Of a stretch of DNA of 32,000 bases, positions 28,339-32,000 are shown piece by piece. The stretch covers positions 2,085,555 to 2,117,554 of the forward strand of contig CP084167.1 in the NCBI GenBank assembly GCA_021513715.1, read 5' to 3'. The notes under the pieces are model-generated. The model saw only the letters and a list, made by a program, of their open reading frames with translations, was not told the DNA's origin and ran no database searches. The DNA is from Candidatus Heimdallarchaeum endolithica. GTDB lineage: Archaea; Asgardarchaeota; Heimdallarchaeia; Heimdallarchaeales; Heimdallarchaeaceae. How positions within the stretch are numbered: position 1 is the first letter of the stretch; the number at the start of each line of letters is the position of its first letter. The position numbers and the translations under genes were made by a program.

Positions 28339-29370
28339 CTAATTCCTATTTTTTGCTTCATGTTCTTCAGCAACAAATTCAGGTTCTACTTCTACTGAAC
28401 TTCTTTTGTATCCATATAATTGAGAAATATTTTGTGGTACAGTTGTGTCATCTTCTAAAAATTCCTCTACTTTGTTCAATATATCGTCAAATTGTGCGTT
28501 AATAATCTGTTTATTACGATCAATATCAACAATAAATTTTGGAGCTTCTTTCTCAATAATTTGATGTTCAATCTCATTCATAATAGTACCATCCTCTTTT
28601 TCGATTTTTCTTTCATTTGTAATTACTTTATATACATTTGATTTACTTATTTCAATCTTATCCATATAAGTTTCATACCTTGCATCGTTATAAAGCCCCA
28701 CAATCATCAGCCAGGGTGAAAGATTTTCCATGCGCCCTTTAATTTCCCTTTTAAGTGTAAATATTGTTTCTAATAATTGTTTAATTCTTTCATTTTTTTC
28801 TTGTTCATCAATCCTGAATTGATCTCCATCTTCGTCTAAGATTCCTATTCTATTTACATCTATAACTAAATTATATACATAGAAATCCTTTTTTTCTTCG
28901 GAAGTGAAAGGATTACTACCTTCGCCTCCAGCTCGTTTCATAACGTCTAGATTTGCCAAAAATTGTGTATCAAAGTTGAATGGTGTCATAGAAATAGCAT
29001 GTGAAATTTTAACAGGAGATACACGAGTAGTTGCACCTTCAGAACTACCTTTTTTGGCAATCATAAAACCAAATAAATCAAATTCTGGGAAGCCTAGGAT
29101 TTCTGAATCCTTAAGTAGTTGATTATTAGGACAAACTACACCTCCTTTAGTATTAGTTAATTGATCTGGTCCGGCTAATTTCCACTTATTTGGAAAAAGC
29201 TTGTTTCCATGGTGTAAGATACTGTACCGAAGAGCATAACGGCTAACCAATACATATTGGCGACCATCCCATTTTGTTATTTTTTTTAGTTCTTGATAAT
29301 TTCCTGAGCCTTGGTCATAATTCAAGGAATTACCATAGAATACTATATCTACTACAATATATTTACTCAT
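28339..29370 (-). CDS. cas7: Cas7 (Cst2/DevR family)
   Basis: NSLNYDQGSGNYQELKKITKWDGRQYVLVSRYALRYSILH and ISPVKISHAISMTPF..DTQFLANLDVMKR...NPF resemble Cst2. Confidence 0.88.
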   Translation of the reverse strand: MSKYIVVDIVFYGNSLNYDQGSGNYQELKKITKWDGRQYVLVSRYALRYSILHHGNKLFPNKWKLAGPDQLTNTKGGVVCPNNQLLKDSEILGFPEFDLFGFMIAKKGSSEGATTRVSPVKISHAISMTPFNFDTQFLANLDVMKRAGGEGSNPFTSEEKKDFYVYNLVIDVNRIGILDEDGDQFRIDEQEKNERIKQLLETIFTLKREIKGRMENLSPWLMIVGLYNDARYETYMDKIEISKSNVYKVITNERKIEKEDGTIMNEIEHQIIEKEAPKFIVDIDRNKQIINAQFDDILNKVEEFLEDDTTVPQNISQLYGYKRSSVEVEPEFVAEEHEAKNRN

Positions 29371-29653
29371 CTTTTTCTTTCTCCTTTAAATTTTTACTGT
29401 TTGTGTTATATGTATTCATTATTCCGATGATTATTGAATAAGCGTAATTGGGAAAAACCTCTTTTGGCATTAAATCATAAGTTGAATTTAGTTGTTCAAT
29501 CAGTTTACTAAGTTCTTTTTTTGGCTGGTTAATTGCTTTTAAAAGAACATAAAAGAATCGTGTTTGGTCATTTGCCTTCACAGTATCCAGAAGAGTGTAA
29601 ACTAATTTTTGCTTATAGTTGTCTGAAACATCCGTAAAAGATTTTTCAGTCAT
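29363..29653 (-). CDS. Small helical protein between cas8 and cas7; candidate stand-alone small subunit (Cas11-like) or detached Cst1 C-terminal domain
   Basis: 96 aa; predicted helical by inspection (LVYTLLDTVKANDQTRFFYVLLKAIN...YAYSIIIGIMNTYN); 8-bp overlap with the cas7 start; position inside the effector operon. Confidence 0.55.
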   Translation of the reverse strand: MTEKSFTDVSDNYKQKLVYTLLDTVKANDQTRFFYVLLKAINQPKKELSKLIEQLNSTYDLMPKEVFPNYAYSIIIGIMNTYNTNSKNLKEKEKDE

Positions 29654-29745
29654 TGTTCTTAACTTACGTAATTCAATTTTTGTTTTTTTATTACCATAAA
29701 CTTTTTGCCAGTAAATTTTTTTAACCTCCTTCTCACTATTTTTTA

Positions 29746-31383
29746 TTATTTAATTAATTGTAATATAATAATCAAAGCATATTCTTGCCAAGAGTGCTCA
29801 TTCAGCACTACTTTGTCAAATAGCCATTTGTTTATTTTTTTCAACAATTTTTTTGAATCTTTTTTGTTACATTCGTTTAATTTTTTTAGCAAATAATTTA
29901 AAAAGTAGATTTTTTGCTTTTTCAGTAAGATATGGATTAAATCCGTAGAAAGTTTCAATTTCTCATCTTTTGGGATCAAAGAAAGTATCAAACTAGAATA
30001 ATAAGAAGAATTTCTGATTTCTTCGTTTATGTCTCTTACCAAGAAATTATAATCGCTAAAAAAATCTTTTGAGAATAAACGTTTTTCATTTTTTAATTCA
30101 CGAATTATTGCTTCGATTATTAAAGAATAAAGAGATGAACTAAATCGAAAAATTTTATTTGAAGAATCAGTGATGCACAAGAGACAATGTTGTAAAATTA
30201 GCGGATAAAGAGGTCTTCCACTAATAAATTCTCTTAAAAGCCATTTTTGTTTGTATTTTTTCTTGATTTTTTGATACTTTAAATAAATATTGATGTTTGA
30301 TCTTATTTTATTATCTAACAATATACTTGCATGAAGCTTTGAAATTCCAATATAGTTTACGGATTGTATGTTTTGCTGATTGTCGACGCCGTCATGTTCT
30401 ATGACATACATATTTTCTAATGAAAAAATACTTTTTTGTTCAAACATGTAATCTAAAATACTGTTCCATGTCACTTTAAGAACGTCCTTATTACGATCCT
30501 TTTTTTCCAGTCTATTTAGCGATAGCCGAATACTTTTGTTAATATGGTAACTACTGTGTAGGTTGTTTGTATAAAATAATATAAATTTAGGTTCAAAAAA
30601 ACTGGTAAAGGCAATAGGAAAACAAAGTAAATAAATAATCACAGATTGTTCAAACAGTTCATTAAAATCATCTAGCGTTTGTATTTTACAATATAGAATA
30701 TTCAAAGCTTCGCTTTCTGCAAACATAAACTTTGAAATAGTTTTATCTAAAGCATTAGGGGTATCACTACCTTTAATTTTAGTTCTATAAAGCATATCTT
30801 CAAAGGCGAGAAAGACATCACTTTCTTTCCCTTTTTTGTTCTTTGAAGGGTTACAGAAAGGTAAATTTAAAAAAAATGGTTCTGTAAAGATTATACCAAC
30901 ATTTTCTATTTTTTTCAATACATTAGGACTTGTTTTAGAGCCAAAAGAATTTTTAAGATCACATTCAAATTCAGAAAAACTTTCTTTGATTTCGTCTTTA
31001 AAGTGATTATTAATATCAATAATAGCTTGTCGAACTTCATTTGGCGATTGAAAAGAAGAGGGGACATTTTTATAACTTAACAATTCCTTTTGTAAATTCC
31101 TTTTCATCTCTTCAAAATGTTTCTTTTTTGTTTTACTTTTACTAGCTAAATCTTGCTTATTTATCCATTTTATTGCGGTTTCCTTAATATAATATAAAAA
31201 ATAAGCATAATAGAATTTCTCTTTATAAAGTGGTTGACTAATTATTTTGTCAAAGCTTTCACCATAAACATCTTCAATTAAAAAGATATATCCTAAGATC
31301 CCTGCGTCTATATACCAATTACCAGTAAAAGATATTTGTTCAGTAGAATTATTTTTCTTTTCATCATGAATGATAACTGTCAT
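29746..31383 (-). CDS. cas8: Cas8 large subunit, Cst1-like (Type I-B Tneap)
   Basis: N-terminal ISFTGNWYIDAGILGYIFLIEDVYG matches the Cst1-type tGNpfvDaGia motif; operon position; 545 aa. Confidence 0.8.
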   Translation of the reverse strand: MTVIIHDEKKNNSTEQISFTGNWYIDAGILGYIFLIEDVYGESFDKIISQPLYKEKFYYAYFLYYIKETAIKWINKQDLASKSKTKKKHFEEMKRNLQKELLSYKNVPSSFQSPNEVRQAIIDINNHFKDEIKESFSEFECDLKNSFGSKTSPNVLKKIENVGIIFTEPFFLNLPFCNPSKNKKGKESDVFLAFEDMLYRTKIKGSDTPNALDKTISKFMFAESEALNILYCKIQTLDDFNELFEQSVIIYLLCFPIAFTSFFEPKFILFYTNNLHSSYHINKSIRLSLNRLEKKDRNKDVLKVTWNSILDYMFEQKSIFSLENMYVIEHDGVDNQQNIQSVNYIGISKLHASILLDNKIRSNINIYLKYQKIKKKYKQKWLLREFISGRPLYPLILQHCLLCITDSSNKIFRFSSSLYSLIIEAIIRELKNEKRLFSKDFFSDYNFLVRDINEEIRNSSYYSSLILSLIPKDEKLKLSTDLIHILLKKQKIYFLNYLLKKLNECNKKDSKKLLKKINKWLFDKVVLNEHSWQEYALIIILQLIK

Positions 31384-31570
31384 TAGACAACCAAAAATAA
31401 ATAAAGAGATAATTATTTAAACTTACCTTATTTAAAATAAAGGTAGGGTCTAGTTTTCCTTCCTGTTGTACGTAAAAAAGAGGTAATTAGGCGGAGACTC
31501 TTAATTATTTATTTTGTAGAAAATTAAAGCCCACTTTAAAATGCAATTATACCGATTTATTAAATTTAAA

Positions 31571-32000
31571 CTATTTTTTTAAATTAACAAAACCAAAACC
31601 CATAGTATTTCGTTCTCCAAAACCCGTATCAAGGCCAAATTTGATTAATTTATATTGAAAATCATCTACATAGCTCCACTCAAATTCCCACATAGTTGCA
31701 GCAAATTTATGTCCTTCACCATGTATGAATAGTTTATTATAAACAGTTTTTTTATAAGAAAATTGCTCAAAAATATCAATATTTTGGATATAGGTTTTAT
31801 AAAAATGATTATATTTTTTAATAAGATTTTCTGAGAGTTGTTTAAGAAAAGCGTGAAAAGGGTAGTGTGGTCTCCAATAAACATATCTCCTTTTTCTTTC
31901 TTTTTCGGGAATTTGATACTCGTCATATTTCTGTTCAGGTATTCGTATTATTATGGGGGTTGATGAAACAATGTGGATATTTCGTCTTGGTAGAACAATG
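31571..32000 (-). CDS. cas6: Cas6 pre-crRNA endoribonuclease, C-terminal part, runs off the right edge
   Basis: Hand-translated open minus frame from 31999 to a TAG at 31571-31573, ending GHKFAATMWEFEWSYVDDFQYKLIKFGLDTGFGERNTMGFGFVNLKK*, the G-rich Cas6 C-terminal motif. Not in the supplied ORF track because the start is outside the window. Confidence 0.88.
   Translation of the reverse strand, partial: IVLPRRNIHIVSSTPIIIRIPEQKYDEYQIPEKERKRRYVYWRPHYPFHAFLKQLSENLIKKYNHFYKTYIQNIDIFEQFSYKKTVYNKLFIHGEGHKFAATMWEFEWSYVDDFQYKLIKFGLDTGFGERNTMGFGFVNLKK

Noticed and set aside
24753-31383. Novel CRISPR subtype claim
   Set aside because: Gene order cas6-cas8(cst1)-cas7(cst2)-cas5-cas3-cas4-cas1-cas2 and the protein motifs fit known Type I-B (Tneap/Cst). 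Only the extra small ORF and the divergent Cas8 are unusual.
31666-31926. 86-aa minus-strand ORF in the track
   Set aside because: It is an out-of-frame overlap with the partial cas6, which has the diagnostic C-terminal motif.

Overview
AT-rich archaeal window, plausibly Asgard or a related lineage (inference). The marker genes are a Roadblock/LC7 protein, Spt5, Sec61-gamma/SecE, ribosomal protein L11 and an ADP-forming acyl-CoA synthetase. tRNA genes encode CCA, and three of the five have short 37/38 introns. The right 13 kb is a complete-looking Type I-B CRISPR-Cas locus of the Cst/Tneap flavour, all on the minus strand: cas6 (partial at the window edge, missed by the ORF track), cas8/cst1, a small extra ORF that may be a stand-alone small subunit, cas7/cst2, cas5, cas3, cas4, cas1, cas2. 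These are followed by a 112-bp leader and a 47-repeat/46-spacer array (19627-22716). A second mini-array of three repeats from the same repeat family lies at the left edge (56-216). A Cas4/RecB-like nuclease is encoded on the plus strand, away from the cas operon. The left part (1.6-7.0 kb) looks like a stepwise tRNA-Pro integration/accretion site. Two paralogous secreted beta-helix genes are each preceded by a tRNA-Pro 3' fragment, one intact and one eroded, followed by a 5'-truncated ParA-like gene and the intact tRNA-Pro. The two paralogs share a 163-bp perfectly identical 5' region despite diverged coding sequences. Other genes are a large NPPY adenine methylase, a bacterial-type PlsY and a secreted metzincin-like protease. 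I see no clearly unprecedented system. The strongest unusual items are the tRNA-Pro accretion structure, the small ORF between cas8 and cas7, the detached Cas4-like gene, and the inverted repeat flanking a TATA-like box in the leader.
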